From Podarcis bocagei (lineage: Eukaryota), in assembly GCA_964188305.1 (NCBI GenBank), contig OZ076886.1: a DNA stretch of 64,000 bases. One strand, given 5' to 3'. The notes beneath the pieces are model-generated. The model saw only the letters and a program-made list of their open reading frames with translations. It was not told the origin of the DNA and ran no database searches. This document shows, piece by piece, positions 24,216-36,435 of this stretch; the first letter of the stretch is position 1; every line of letters begins with the position of its first letter. A program made the translations under genes and the position numbers.

Positions 24216-24928
24216 TTTTTAATTATATTTTAATTTGCTTTCAGGTGCCTAATGAAAAGTGACTCATAAATGAAATAGATAGATAATGGGGAAGGGGGAG
24301 GGGAGTGATGAAGGCAAATAAATAACTAAAGATTTGTGCTCCCAAAAATGCTCAATAAAACCACACTTTGAAATGCATGGATTAAACCGGGTAGGTGACA
24401 AGGTAACTTTGTTACCAGGCTAATCTGCTGCCTTAACAGAGACAGGGGATTTACATGCCCATGTACAAAACTGCTGCGCAGTCACTTTTTAAAAGATGGA
24501 AATAGTAGAAGAGGGAGGGAGGAGGTGTAGAGGGAGAGATGGGGCAGCGCCGGGCGATTAGCAGTCATTTACGAAACAGATTTGGCTGGATAGTTTTTTT
24601 AGATAATATGCATAGACATGTGTCACCAAAGCAGCCATCCCTAAACACTGCAGCTTTGTAGATGTGTTAGAGCTGGATGTTAACAAATGACTGTTTCAGG
24701 CTTTATGGGTGACATTTCTTTATGTTTAGATTTGGGGGGGAGGGCTGTCAAAAAAGCAATTAAAGCTGCGAGGAATCTTCTTCTTCTTCTTGGCTCAGTT
24801 TGAAACTGTCATCTCATGGATTTGGTTCCTTAGAACTTTGGAGAGTTAGAAAAGGCAGTCGTGGACTTTCAAGCCTGTTGAAAGGAGTGACCACAAGCAA
24901 GGGTGGGGAACCTTTGGGGGGGCCTTGT

Positions 24929-24975
24929 TATGTATGTATGTATGTATGTATGTATGTATGTATGTATGTATGTAT
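24929..24975. repeat. (TATG)n microsatellite
   Basis: Seen directly. Confidence 0.95.
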
Positions 24976-25377
24976 AGCAAGACCAAAAAAAAAAAGGTTC
25001 CCTACCCTTGCTTTTGGTCATTCCTTGCCAGTCTGGTGTGGCGACACTAAAAGTATGTTGCAAAACACACTGATTTCTCCTCTTCTCTGTTCCTACCAGC
25101 TATAAAGCCTTACACCTAAGTCCATAACCATTTATAGCCTTCAGGACTGCATAGCCCATAGTCTTTGACAGCAAAGGGATAGTCTCAGGCAGGGGGTAGG
25201 GGTGGAGAAAGAAGAAGAACCAGCTTTCTTGTAGTTAACTGAAGTTATAATTGATGGTCACCAGGGAGCATTTATATAAGAAGAGTTAAGTCAGAATCTT
25301 TTAAACTTATTGGTCAATCTGTCTCTGAGGAACCTGCAAGAAAAACATGAAGGCAATAGTCCTTTCTTGTTCTTCTT

Positions 25378-25503
25378 TCCCAACAACTGGTATTCAGAGG
25401 CCTTCTGATCCTGGAGACAGCACATAGCAATCAAGATTAATAACTACTTATCGCCTTATCATCCCTGAATCTGCCTAGTCCTCTTTTGAAGCTGTCCAAG
25501 TTG
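25378..25503 (-). mobile_element. CR1 LINE fragment
   Basis: Minus strand caacttggacagcttcaaaagaggactaggcagattcagggatgataaggc (LDSFKRGLGRF). Confidence 0.65.
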
Positions 25504-25879
25504 TTCCTTTTGTCCATCCTGGATTTCTCACCAATCAGCTTCATGACACGACCAGAAATTTTAAGCGCCGAAGAAAAACTTCTCTCTTCAGCTTGATCCA
25601 GCAAGGCAGTTTTTATGCATTCATACACACATTTTGTTCAGCCTAGGTCAAGCCGATCTGAGCTTCATTACACCTCACTAAACACATTAAATTCATGGGA
25701 GATGTTTACCTAGAACTCCTGAGATGCAGGCCAGGGTAACATTCTTGGAAGTAGCTGTTGACCTGTATCCATTCCCAGATGGACATAAGGCAACATGATC
25801 AAACAGCAATAAGCAAGCTGCTTTAACTCAGCCTGGTTTTATTCATTCATTCATAAAATTTATACACTGCTTTGATTAT

Positions 25880-25918
25880 AACAAACAAACAAACAAACAA
25901 ACAAACAAACAAACAAAC
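25880..25918. repeat. (AAAC)n microsatellite
   Basis: Seen directly. Confidence 0.95.
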
Positions 25919-25979
25919 CTCAAAGCATTTCATAAATTTGACCTGTGCAGGTTGATGAGGACAACAGAGAAGGCAACCT

Positions 25980-26126
25980 CAGTGGCGTAGCGTGGGTTGT
26001 CAGCACCCGGGGCAAGGCAAGTAATTTGCACCCCCTAACCCGTGGATTTGCGCCCCCTAACCCTAACCCCCAGATGTTGTGCCCGGTGCGGCCAGCCCCC
26101 CTGCACCCCCCCACGCTACGCCACTG
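25980..26126 (+). mobile_element. 147-bp hAT MITE with CCCTAA motifs, copy 1
   Basis: 17-bp perfect TIR cagtggcgtagcgtggg; perfect 8-bp TSD ggcaacct. Confidence 0.95.
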
Positions 26127-26403
26127 GGCAACCTTGAGTCCAATAAGTGCCTCATTATCTTTGAAGTTATCACATCAGTGGTGGTGATAATGGTGGTTAG
26201 GGATGAAGGAGGGATCTGTTTTAAATGGATTTATACAAAGAATCTGGCAGTTCTGACCCGATTGAGACAGTTATATGTATGTCTAAGCAGCTTCTGCATT
26301 GCTGGGTTGTTGTTTTTAAAAAAGCTAATTATATGCATAAATGAAATATAATACATGTATATAAGAGAGTCCATGTTGTACTATACTCCTGCATAGCTTA
26401 ATA

Positions 26404-26645
26404 CAGTGGTACCTTGAGTTAAGTACTTAATTCGTTCCGGAGGTCCGTTCTTAACCTGAAACTGTTCTTAACCTGAAGCACCACTTTAGCTAATGGGGCC
26501 TCCTGCTGCCGCTGCACCGCCGGAGCACGATTTCTATTCTCATCCTGAAGCAAAGTTCTTAACCTGAAGCACTATTTCTGGGTTAGTGGAGTCTGTAACC
26601 TGAAGCGTATGTAACCTGAAGCATATGTAACCCGAGGTACCACTG
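26404..26645. mobile_element. Tc1/pogo-type MITE, copy 5 (242 bp)
   Basis: TIRs and TA TSD; nearly identical to copy 2. Confidence 0.95.
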
Positions 26646-26772
26646 TATTAATATTAATATATTCACTTTTTTACAGTTATATGCATTGTTGTATATACCT
26701 GTTTATGTGCTGGTTGCTTTAGGAGGTCATTGTATCCAATGTTAGTCCTACTTAGAGCAAATCTATTGAGAT

Positions 26773-26946
26773 TAGGAACATAGGAAACTGCTTTATCTTG
26801 AGTCAGACCATTGGTCCATCTAGCTCAGTATTGTCTACATTGGCTAGATAGTGTAGCATTTCAGACAGGAGACATTCCGAACCCTACCGGGAGATGCTGG
26901 AACCTTCCATATGCAAAGCAGATGCTCTGCCCCTGAGCTCTGGCCC
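26773..26946 (-). mobile_element. tRNA-head SINE with CR1-like tail (Squam3-like)
   Basis: taggaacataggaaactgc..gagtcagaccattggtccatctagctcagtattgtctac..gcaaagcagatgctct. Confidence 0.7.
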
Positions 26947-27072
26947 ATCCCCTGTGGGCATTCTCTGCACTCTCATTTTGATCCCTCCAATGACTAGACC
27001 CATTTTCAAGATTTAAAGTGGCATAGCTGTTGGAAAATACTACTTTCATAGCGTGCGCCATACACACACCTA

Positions 27073-27200
27073 CCCAAGAGCTCAAGGTGATGTACCTGGT
27101 TCACCTTCACAGCAACCCTGTGAGATAGGTTAGGCTGAGAGACAGCAACTGCCTCAAGGACAACCAATGGGTTTTGTGGATGAGTGGGGAATTGAACCCC
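27073..27200 (-). mobile_element. MIR-like CORE SINE fragment
   Basis: cacagcaaccctgtgagataggttaggctgagagacag..ggggaattgaaccc. Confidence 0.65.
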
Positions 27201-28677
27201 TTTTCACCACTGAGTTGACATTTTCAGCACAACTACTTCAACTTTCATTTATTTCTTCATTGCTTGTCATCACAGCCATTTCAAATCCCATCGGTGTAAA
27301 GGTATGTTTAGGACTTTTGCCCTATTGCACATCTCTTTCCACTGGACTAACATGTTTTAGATGATGATGATGATATGCCCACTCTTATTGTGTGTCCTTC
27401 GGTCAGAACCAAAACAGTGAAGTTGCCCAATCAATGCAGACTTTTTTCCCTGTTACAAAAGCTGACCTTTTGATGGCCCTAATTCCCTGGGGCTCTGGGA
27501 CCCTTCAACACATTTGTTTGTAATTGGTCCCCTTTGTTGTTTTTCTGAGAGATCCACTGTTGTTGTTGTTTTAGAAAGAAAAAACACACACCATTGCAAG
27601 GTCTCATTAGAGTGGAGTCTCTTTTAAATGAGCCCTGCTGGGGGCAGAGGGAGTGCTGTGAAACCTGCCTAGACACAGGGATTCAGGGAGACAGGGCTAT
27701 CCAAAAGCAATTATCACATCTCTGAGAAAATAGGTGGGCTTTTTGTTTGTTTTTTAAGAGTCGACCTTAAACAAACACTACACACACCTCGGAGCTGCCA
27801 GGCTGAAGTAGGTTTAATGCCAGACATGGGATATTCTTTGATAGCATATTCAGTTTGCTGAAGGCCAGCAGAATAAAAGCCTGGCTGATAAACCTTGCCT
27901 TTCAAGTTGCTTTCTTGTCAGCCCCCTATTAATTCATTTGTTGTTGTTGTTTTAAAAAAATCCCTCCACCTCATTTGTTTGTTTTTTTGCTTTAATCTGA
28001 ATGGCATGCAAACCGAAAACTTGCATAAAATCTCAAACAAGCAACACATCAATCAATAAAAAGACAAAAGGTGCGGGATTCATCTCTGTATTCGGGTGGG
28101 ATTTGTCACACCCTGGCAATTTCAGGTCTTGCTTTATTGATAAAGTTATAGTGAATGGGAAAGTCTTGCTTTATTGATAACGTGTGAGACGACGCTTGCT
28201 TTGACGCAAATGAATCAGAACAAATGTTTAATAAACATTTGCGGACCTTTAAAAGGTGATGTCCAAAGTTAGTCGTGCTCAGAACAGACCCACTGAAATC
28301 AACTGACTTAAGTTACTTAAGTCTATTTGTTTCCGTTGGGTCTCCTCTGAGTTTGCCTCAATTGGATATCGCCCTAACAATTTCAACTTTAAAAATAAAT
28401 AAATTAGGCCACATTAAATGTTTCCATCTTCCATATGTCTCAGGACATTTTGTTGCTTTAATACAACAGACTTACATAGTGATTCCTAACACCAGGTAAT
28501 ATAATATAAACAATATTACCACCAGGTACTAGGTAGCTAACACTTGAGGATATAAATCTTGGTGCTGCTACAGGGAAGGCCTTGCCTCAGATGATACCCT
28601 ACTGCCATAGCACCATGACCTTCCAGAAACATGGCTGTCCCTTTCTCAGGTGAAGTGAGCCTGTCCAAAACTAACAG

Positions 28678-28825
28678 ACATCCACACGATACATTTAAAG
28701 CACATGGCCTCCCGCAAAGAATCTTGGGAACTGTAGTTTTCCCCTCACAGAGCAACAGTTCCCCAGCCCGCTTAACAAATGACGGTTCCCAAGATTCTTT
28801 AGGGAAACACATATGGTGTGGATGT
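28678..28825. mobile_element. Palindromic MITE (gggaactgtagttt family)
   Basis: Perfect 10-bp inverted ends acatccacac/gtgtggatgt; internal gaatcttgggaac/gttcccaagattc; relatives near 30435, 49450 and 52807. Confidence 0.7.
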
Positions 28826-31176
28826 GACCAAGGTGTCACCTTAGTCAGGGTCAATGGTGGAGACATGGATGTGACACTGGAACAACCCATACTTGTATCT
28901 TTTCTGCGTATGTGGAGACGGATCATTCCCTTCTGCAGGGCTGAAACCCAGTGCTGAAACAGTTCCTCTTGGAAGTTCATCTCTCTCCCCCCCCCCCCAT
29001 ATTTTTAAACTTTACAAGCTGATCAGGAAGAAGTCGCGCCAGTTCAAAATATTAATGTCTGAATTCCACCTCGTAGGAGGGTTGCCAAGTCTCTTCAACA
29101 AACGCAAGAGACACAGGGCACTTTCGTTTTTGAGTGTTTGGGAAACTTTTCCTTTCCTTGGCTGAAAAATATGAGGGGCAAGGGAGAGAGAGAGAGAAGA
29201 AGAAGAGGAAGGAGGGGGGGAGATGCCGAGACCGCTGAGGCTGCCGCTTTCTTTCCTTGCTAGCAAATAAAGAGGACAGATTCTCCTTTTTCAGCCTATT
29301 CTGATTGCACAATGGGAGAAGAGGATCAGCGCCAAAATTACAAGTGTGAGCCCTTAATGCATCGGCTTGAACAATGGCCCTTGGAAGCGTCTGCCTTGTC
29401 AAAAGAAGCAGTACAGCTAGTTCTGGGCCATTCAGTGCTGTGGAAAGACGAAGAAAAAGTGCAGAGGGGGGAGAAGCAGCTCATTGTCCTGGTGAAATAC
29501 TTCCCAGAATAAAAACACCCTCCTCCTCCTTCTCCTCCTTTCTTCAGCTTCCTAATGGGAAGCAAAATAACAAACCAGGCTGACAATTAAACAAGCACGC
29601 TGCTAACTGATCGGGGCTCAAGTGTAACAGATGTTGTTACGGTTGGTCCAGGCTGTGTTGATGGGGGGGGGGGAGTAGATTATTAGGGTTGGAGGGGAGA
29701 TAAACTGAGCAGTGCGGTTGCAGCTACAAAGTTATTCTCCTCCTTCCTCCTCCTCTGGAATCCCTTTTACACTTCCCTCACCCCTACATTTTTGGGGGCC
29801 CTGAAGCTTGAACTGTCATTGGGGCTCCTTTGCAGTCAATAATAAGCTCTGGGTAACACTGTTCTCTTCTTCAGTGGGGTTGTTCCTCAACAGATCACCA
29901 CGCCTTTACAACATCTGTGCTACTGACTCTCAAACTTGAAATATATACAAAAATAATAATAATCCATTTGAGTCATGCAACTCAGTTGGGTCTATCGGAC
30001 CTAACATTTTTAATCAATGTGGAGTAAAGTCACTTCTGCGGCTACTTCTAAGATTAGGATCCCTGAAGCTTAAGCTTCATTGGTTTCATAGTAGATCCAT
30101 CCCTGCTCACTCCCAGCCAGCCCCTCACTATCCATTTCTTTCAGTCTCTTTCTGCTGGTCTCCCCACTTCTTGCTTGTTTCATTCCAACATTGCAGATGG
30201 GATTTGCCCTTTTTAAAACAGTCAAAATACAGAGGAGATTTCAGAAAGGGAGGGAGGGAGGGAATATAAAGGAGGGGGAAAGTTGAAGGAGAAGCTGCCT
30301 GAACATGCATTTCAGATTTAAGGGTCTCTTTTTCATTTTATGGTTTTCATAAAAAATTCTATACTGCTTTGTGGTGGTGGCTGCTGTTGTTTTAAAACTC
30401 AATGCTGTTTTCTTTCTGGTTCCCTCCCCAACTTAGGCTGTGTACACACCATATACGTAGTCAAAGCACCCTTCCCCAAGAATCTTGGGAGCTATAGTTT
30501 GTTAAGGGTGCTGGGCACTGTAGTTCTGTGAGCAGTAAACTACACATTTCCTTCATTCTTTCCCCTGTGCTGAACAGGAATGCATCCTGATTTTGGCCAC
30601 ACTTAGGGTGCAGGCGGACATACTGTACATTCAAAGATGTTCCCTGGAGTCACAGTGCAATGAACACTTTCTGAGCTTTTTTAAAAAAAACAGTTGAGTG
30701 TTTGTGGAGGAATCAGATGTTGTCAGTCTGTGCTACCAGCCTATATCCACCCCTTTGCTCCCACCTTGGCCACCACCACTGTTTCCTCCTCCCACTGGGA
30801 AAGAAAGAGCCCCACAGGCAAGTGCCTGGGGTGACACTGGCAAGAGGGCAGATGAGAAACCAAGGTGAATGCTTTCTTCTTTGATTGCTCACCTGCCCTC
30901 CTACAGCTGCCGCCGCCACCATCTCCTCCTCCTCTTCCTCCATCCCATCTCCCCTGGGAGAACCTGCCATTCATTCACCCCCTTGCATGTTTGCTTTCTG
31001 GAAGGGGAAGTCTTCTCTGACCCTCACCCCAAGCAGGCCTCCTAGACAGAAGTCTGGACTATGAATTTACAGAGATCAGTGACTAAGAATGAAGGAGACA
31101 AATTAGTCACCGTGACTTAACTTACTCCACCCATTTCATCGGGAACTAAGGGCAACTAAAGAGGCAGCACCATCTT

Positions 31177-31315
31177 ATAATAATAATAATAATTTATTAT
31201 TTATACCCCGCCCATCTAGCTGGGTTTCCCCAGCCACTCTGGGCGGCTTCCAAAAGAATATTAAAATACTATGATACATCAAACATTAAAAGCTTCCCTA
31301 AACAGGGCTGCCTTG
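31177..31315 (-). mobile_element. L2 LINE 3' end
   Basis: (taa)n then ttataccccgcccatct..ccccagccactctgggcggcttcc..cttccctaaacagggctgcctt. Confidence 0.8.
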
Positions 31316-32626
31316 TCCATATCTGCTGAGAACTAAATCCCACCGGGTTCGATGAGGCTTATTCTCAGGTAAATGGGCATTATTTCAGGTGGGCAGCATC
31401 TGTGTTTCTCAATTTGTTGTTAAAGACAATGGGAAATAAACTACTGATAAAAATGAAATCAGGTCTCCTGGAAGAAGAAAATTAGCTCTGCTCTTGCAGG
31501 AAAAATAAACTCCAGGAAAACATGTTTTTTTAACAACAACAACAATAAAATGCTGTGTCTTCACAATAAAATGCTGGGTTGCTGTATAGCCTGTTTGAGT
31601 TTGTGATATAGATGTGCATGCAAATCCAGAGGATGCCACTGGAGGAATTTATATACCATACCGCCACCTCCATGTGCCTACTTGGACTGAGGCTTTTGTG
31701 GTTCAGATGCTGCTGAAGTGGGGAGGGCTCTGCTCCAGCCAAGACTCCTGAATCTGGCAGGGACTGAGCGAGTTGGCAGCCTTACACCTACCATTCATTT
31801 GCACTTCCGAAACAGTATCTGTAACTCAGCGCATTCTCATCTGAATTGCTTTTAAGTACCGTGGCAAGGAGATTAAAAGAACGGAGCAGGGAGCTACTTG
31901 ACCCATCTTCCTTGCTTTTCCTATAAGAAAAGGGCCTTGCTAATTGAGCTACATGGGATTCCATCCCATCCTTTTGCAAGACACAGAGGCTACTGGACAT
32001 TCCATGATCAGGCAGGCGTCTTTGGGGCAATGGTTCCCACCTCATTGGGAACCAAGCTCTAGCAGTGCTGCAGAATTAGGAGTTGCAGGAGCACTCTGTT
32101 GCATGATGCCCCCTGCCCTAAACTCACATTGCCTGTGGCAGACATGAATGTAGCCAATGGTCCATCCAGCTTCGCTGGTACTGAACATTCTCAAGAACAG
32201 TGCAAGGCAGTGCAAGAGTCATTCAAGCCTTTGTTGTGCGTTCCCAGTTTGCAGCATTGTGAGCCTAAGACAGCCCAACATTTGGATGCCTTCCTTGACA
32301 AACTTGGCTAAAGGCAAGGGATAGAGAAGGGTTTTCTTCTCTTCTTAAGAGGGGGAAGTACTTATATTAGTAAACATCCCTTGACAATACTTTCCACAAG
32401 TCAATTTCACCTTGCTTTTCACCTGTTGCAGCTGTTTACATTTGAGGAGATTTTTGAGCAGTACCAAAGTGGACCTTCCTGGCTTAGGACCTATCTGACA
32501 GGAATGGGCTTATGATATTGTATCTCAGATGAGCATTTTGAGTCCACTCAGTTATAAATGGCATCCCTTGTATCACTCCTTTGGTACTGTTTAAAGTTGC
32601 AACAATGATTCCCTAATGAATTAGAT

Positions 32627-33234
32627 CAGGGATGAGGAACCTCCCCCACTCCCATTCACCAGCCCTACTTTACACCCTCCCCCAGTGTTTTTGCCTGGCT
32701 GGAATATGTTCTTGAACAGGGGTAGGCAAACTAAGGCCCCGGGGCCGGATGCAGCCCTATTGCCTTCTAAATCTGGCCCACAGATGGTCCAGGAATCAGC
32801 GTTTTCACATGAGTAGAATGTGTCCTTTTATTTAAAATGCATCTCTAGGTTATTTGTGGGGCCTGCCTTGTGTTTTTACATGAGTAGAGTGTGTGTTTTT
32901 ATTTAATATGCATCTCTGGGTTATTTGTGGGGTGTTCATTCATTTCCCCCCAAAAAATATAGTCCGCCCCCCTCCACAAGGTCTGAGGGACAGTGGACTG
33001 GCCCCTGCTGAAAAGGTTTGCTGACCCCTGTCCTTGAACTTTTACAACGCCTCTTCTTTGCCTGTATGGAGGATAGAGCGGGTTCTGTGAGTGTGTCAGA
33101 ATGAAGGTAAAATTTGCATTTGTTTCTTCACCCACTATTACCTCCAGTCCTGCCCACCACCTGAATGTGGCTCCCAGAAGGTCACTTGGAAGGCAATGTG
33201 GCCCTCAGCCTTAAATAAAGGTTCCCTTTTCCTG
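32627..33234. mobile_element. Older hAT non-autonomous element hosting a younger hAT MITE
   Basis: Ends cagggatgaggaacct / aggttcccttttcctg; flanks aattagat/agttagac (6/8). Confidence 0.6.
32717..33030. mobile_element. hAT Charlie-like MITE, copy 1
   Basis: caggggtaggcaaac...gtttgctgacccctg; TSD ttcttgaa/tccttgaa; internal direct repeat of about 65 bp. Confidence 0.9.
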
Positions 33235-33589
33235 AGTTAGACTTTTGCTCCAGCCACACAAGAATCTGGCTGCTCTGGCTGTGCCTAGCAAGAGGGTTTT
33301 GGATCTGCTTTGCATGGCAGAGGAGCTAGTCTCTCTTAATTCTTTGTGCTTGAAGAATATTTGGCCAAAGAGACACCAATCCCTGCCAGGCTGAGACCCA
33401 TGTAATATTAACACAAGCTGGAGAAGGTCTTTTAGTGCCTGACTGACATGGAAGAGACAGTCAGAGCTTAGAATTGCTCTCAGGCTTCCCTAGGGCTGGA
33501 GAGGAGGCCAGCTGGATTCTGGCCCTGAACTGAGCACAGCCAAGGTTTTTGTGTATCCAGCTTGACAGGGTGACTGTGCCAGGACCGTT

Positions 33590-34238
33590 GTTAAAGGCAT
33601 AGTGTAGCTGGTACCTAAGCTAAGATGTTACTATTCTGGCTCCCGTTCTCCCTCTGTGGTTTGAGTCTCTCTCTTAAAGGCTGTGTTACAGATACAAAAG
33701 GAAGCTAACTCAGTCTGGAAACATCCCTAACAAAGAGATGCATTCTAGACTTTTAAGTCCAGAATCAAAATGAGGGACTGAATCAATGTTGCCACCTTTC
33801 TGTTGGCATGACTCCACTGCCTTTCATGGCTGCATGGCAGGCAGAAGCTCAACTGGTGCAGATTTTCCAGGAAGGAAGATGCAGCAATGGCAGGAAAGCA
33901 ATACCTGGTGAAGTTAAAGGCATGGTGTAGCTGGTACCTAAGCTAAGATGTTACTATTCTGGCTCCCGTTCTCCCTCTGTGGTTTGAGTCTCTCTCTTAA
34001 AGGCTGTGTTACAGATGCAAAATGAAGCTAACTCAGTCTGGAAACATCCCTAACAAAGAGATGCATTCTAGACTTTTAAGTCCAGAATCAAAATGAGGGA
34101 CTGAATCAATGTTGCCACCTTTCTGTTGGCATGACTCCACTGCCTTTCATGGCTGCATGGCAGGCAGAAGCTCAACTGGTGCAGATTTTCCAGGAAGGAA
34201 GATGCAGCAATGGCAGGAAAGCAATACCTGGTGAAGTT
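33590..34238. repeat. 323-bp head-to-tail tandem duplication
   Basis: 33590-33912 vs 33913-34235; 3 substitutions by eye; gtt microhomology at the junction. Confidence 0.95.
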
Positions 34239-34994
34239 CTGTCCATCTCATACTTGTTAAAGGCGCAGGAAATCTTTCAGGAGATGTGGGGAGGGGACCA
34301 CTAGCATAGCCTATTATATATATTTTTTAAAAAAACAAACAAACAGCAGCCAAAGCTTTCTCTTTAATATAGAGATGGAGGTAATATACTTAAAGAGCCA
34401 CAATAGGTCATCAAACCTTTCTGCAATCAAGCTGTGCTTCCAGAGGGCCTGTTTAATGACAATTCATCCTGATTGGTTTGCAAGTTGGTTAGATGACCTG
34501 TGTTGAAGCAAGGGTTATCCCACATGTCCCAGTGCATTCTCCCACCATTTTTCATTTTGTAAAAAGTATGGTCTTTGGGGGGATTTGGTTGTGCAAGAGT
34601 TCCCAGTTAACAACCTGAATCTGCAAGTATGTGATTGAATATCATCCGAAAATAGAAACAGTCTAGAAGTGACCAAGGTGTGTTACAAAATTCACTGCAA
34701 GAAAGTAGCTGCTTAGTTTCAACAAAATGATCACGAAGGTCTATAAGGGATCAATGTGAAACATCGAGAGGGATGGCTCATTTGGTCACACCCAATGACT
34801 GGGCGTCCTTTGCATGACACCTTCATTTGCACATCCAATTGCTACTTGCCAGACTTTTTCTAATTTTATATGCTACATACAGTTATCAATATTGCCCTTA
34901 TTCTCCCTTCTACTTTGTGCAGCCCAGTTACAGAGAGATGTGTGAAACAGAATTCAGGGTGATCATATTTGTGCCAAAGCAACTGAACCTTCTC

Positions 34995-35200
34995 AACTGC
35001 CTTCTCAGTAGTGGTGCCAGCCCTGTGGAATGCCCTCCCATCAGATGTCAAGGAAATAAGCAACTATCTTACTTTTAAAAGACATCTGAAGGCAGCCCTG
35101 TTTAGGGAAGTTGTTAATGTTTAATGCTGTATTGTGTTTTTAATATTTGGTTGGGAGCTGCCCAGAGTGGCTGGGGAAACCTAGCCAGATGGGTGGGGTA
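34995..35200 (+). mobile_element. L2 LINE 3' fragment
   Basis: gccttctcagtagtggtgccagccctgtggaatgccctccc (AFSVVVPALWNALP)..ctgcccagagtggctggggaaac. Confidence 0.85.
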
Positions 35201-35205
35201 ATCGT

Positions 35206-35236
<31 letters not shown>

Positions 35237-35472
35237 TCCTTTGTGTCCTTTTCCGGACCTTCTGTTTATATCTTGGCAGTACAAAACTCAGGGTTGCTGA
35301 TTATATGGCATCACTGTTTTTCACCAATTCCTGGGTTGCCTGTGGTTCATCCATTGTTTAGACCAGGTTCTAGAACTCTGGTGAAGCAAAGATACTTGCT
35401 TGCTAACATTCACCAAAAAACGTATGGGGTGTTTGTGATTTCTGTTTCCTTTTTGTAACGCTAAGAGGGCAA

Positions 35473-35585
35473 CTGCCTTCCCCAACCTGGTGTCCTCCAG
35501 ATATTCTTCACCTATTCACCTATCATTCCTGACCAATGATCATGATGGCCAGAACATCTGGAGGGCCCCAAGTTGGGGAAGGCTG
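35473..35585. mobile_element. Palindromic hAT-type MITE, internally deleted
   Basis: ccttccccaac / gttggggaagg ends; cctccagat/atctggagg. Confidence 0.6.
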
Positions 35586-35638
35586 GAGTCACAGATGGCA
35601 GCTGCCCCTGCCACAGCCTGCCACCTTGGGCTGCTTCC

Positions 35639-35862
35639 GAGTGGTACCTCTGGTTATGAACTTAATTCATTCCGGAGGTCCGTTCTCAAGCTGAAACCGT
35701 TCTTATCCTGAGGCGTGCTTTCACTAATGGGGCCTCTGATGCACGACTTTCGTTCTCATCCTGGGGCAAAGTTCGCAACCAGGAGCAGCTACTTCCGGGT
35801 TAGCAGAGCTTGTAACCTGAAGTGTTCATAACCAGAAGCATTCGTAACCAGAGGTACCACTG
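35639..35862. mobile_element. Tc1/pogo-type MITE, diverged subfamily, copy 6
   Basis: agtggtacctctggtta ... taaccagaggtaccactg|ta. Confidence 0.85.
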
Positions 35863-35915
35863 TATTCTTCATTGATGCAGTTCCTGAGGACCCTGTCAAA
35901 AGCCCCCACCAACTT

Positions 35916-36128
35916 TCATTATTATAATTTTGTGTGCGGGTGTGGGTGTCTGCACATATGTGTGTTATTGTATGGAATGTTTGGGAGGAAATATGACGGT
36001 AAATAATAAATAACAAACTAAATATTGATGTATGTAAATTTTATTTCTTAATTATATTTAGTAGTAGTATGGCTGTATTGCTTTTTGTAACATAAAATCA
36101 TTCCATAAAAAATATTTTTTTTTTAAAA
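35916..36128 (+). mobile_element. Short retroposed fragment (L1 3'UTR-like) with 18-bp TSD
   Basis: aaaagcccccaccaactt at 35898-35915 and 36129-36146; AT-rich body ending in an A run. Confidence 0.75.
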
Positions 36129-36435
36129 AAAAGCCCCCACCAACTTGTGCTAACTGCAACCTGATACAGTGGCAGATTTGCTTCCAGTCCTTCCTGAATT
36201 GTTTCTCAGGCAGGGATGCCAGGAGGACACAGCCCGTAGGGTCGCCTGCCTCTTTAAGAGCCCTGCAGCTGCAAAGGAAGATGCAGCTTGGCCTTCTCTT
36301 GTTTGAACCTGACCTGATCCTTAACCTTCTGCCCCATTTACTGTGGGGTGACTCTGTTACAGCAGGCAGGAAGGGAAGCTGGGCACTTGGAACTGAAGAG
36401 CATGAGGGACCTGGAGAAAAGTCACAGTTGTGGTG

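Noticed and set aside
23682-24233. 183-aa ORF
   Set aside because: Frameshifted mosaic of a dead RTE LINE
26030-26070. True interstitial telomere or chromosome fusion site
   Set aside because: Only 2-3 hexamers, enclosed by MITE TIRs and TSDs
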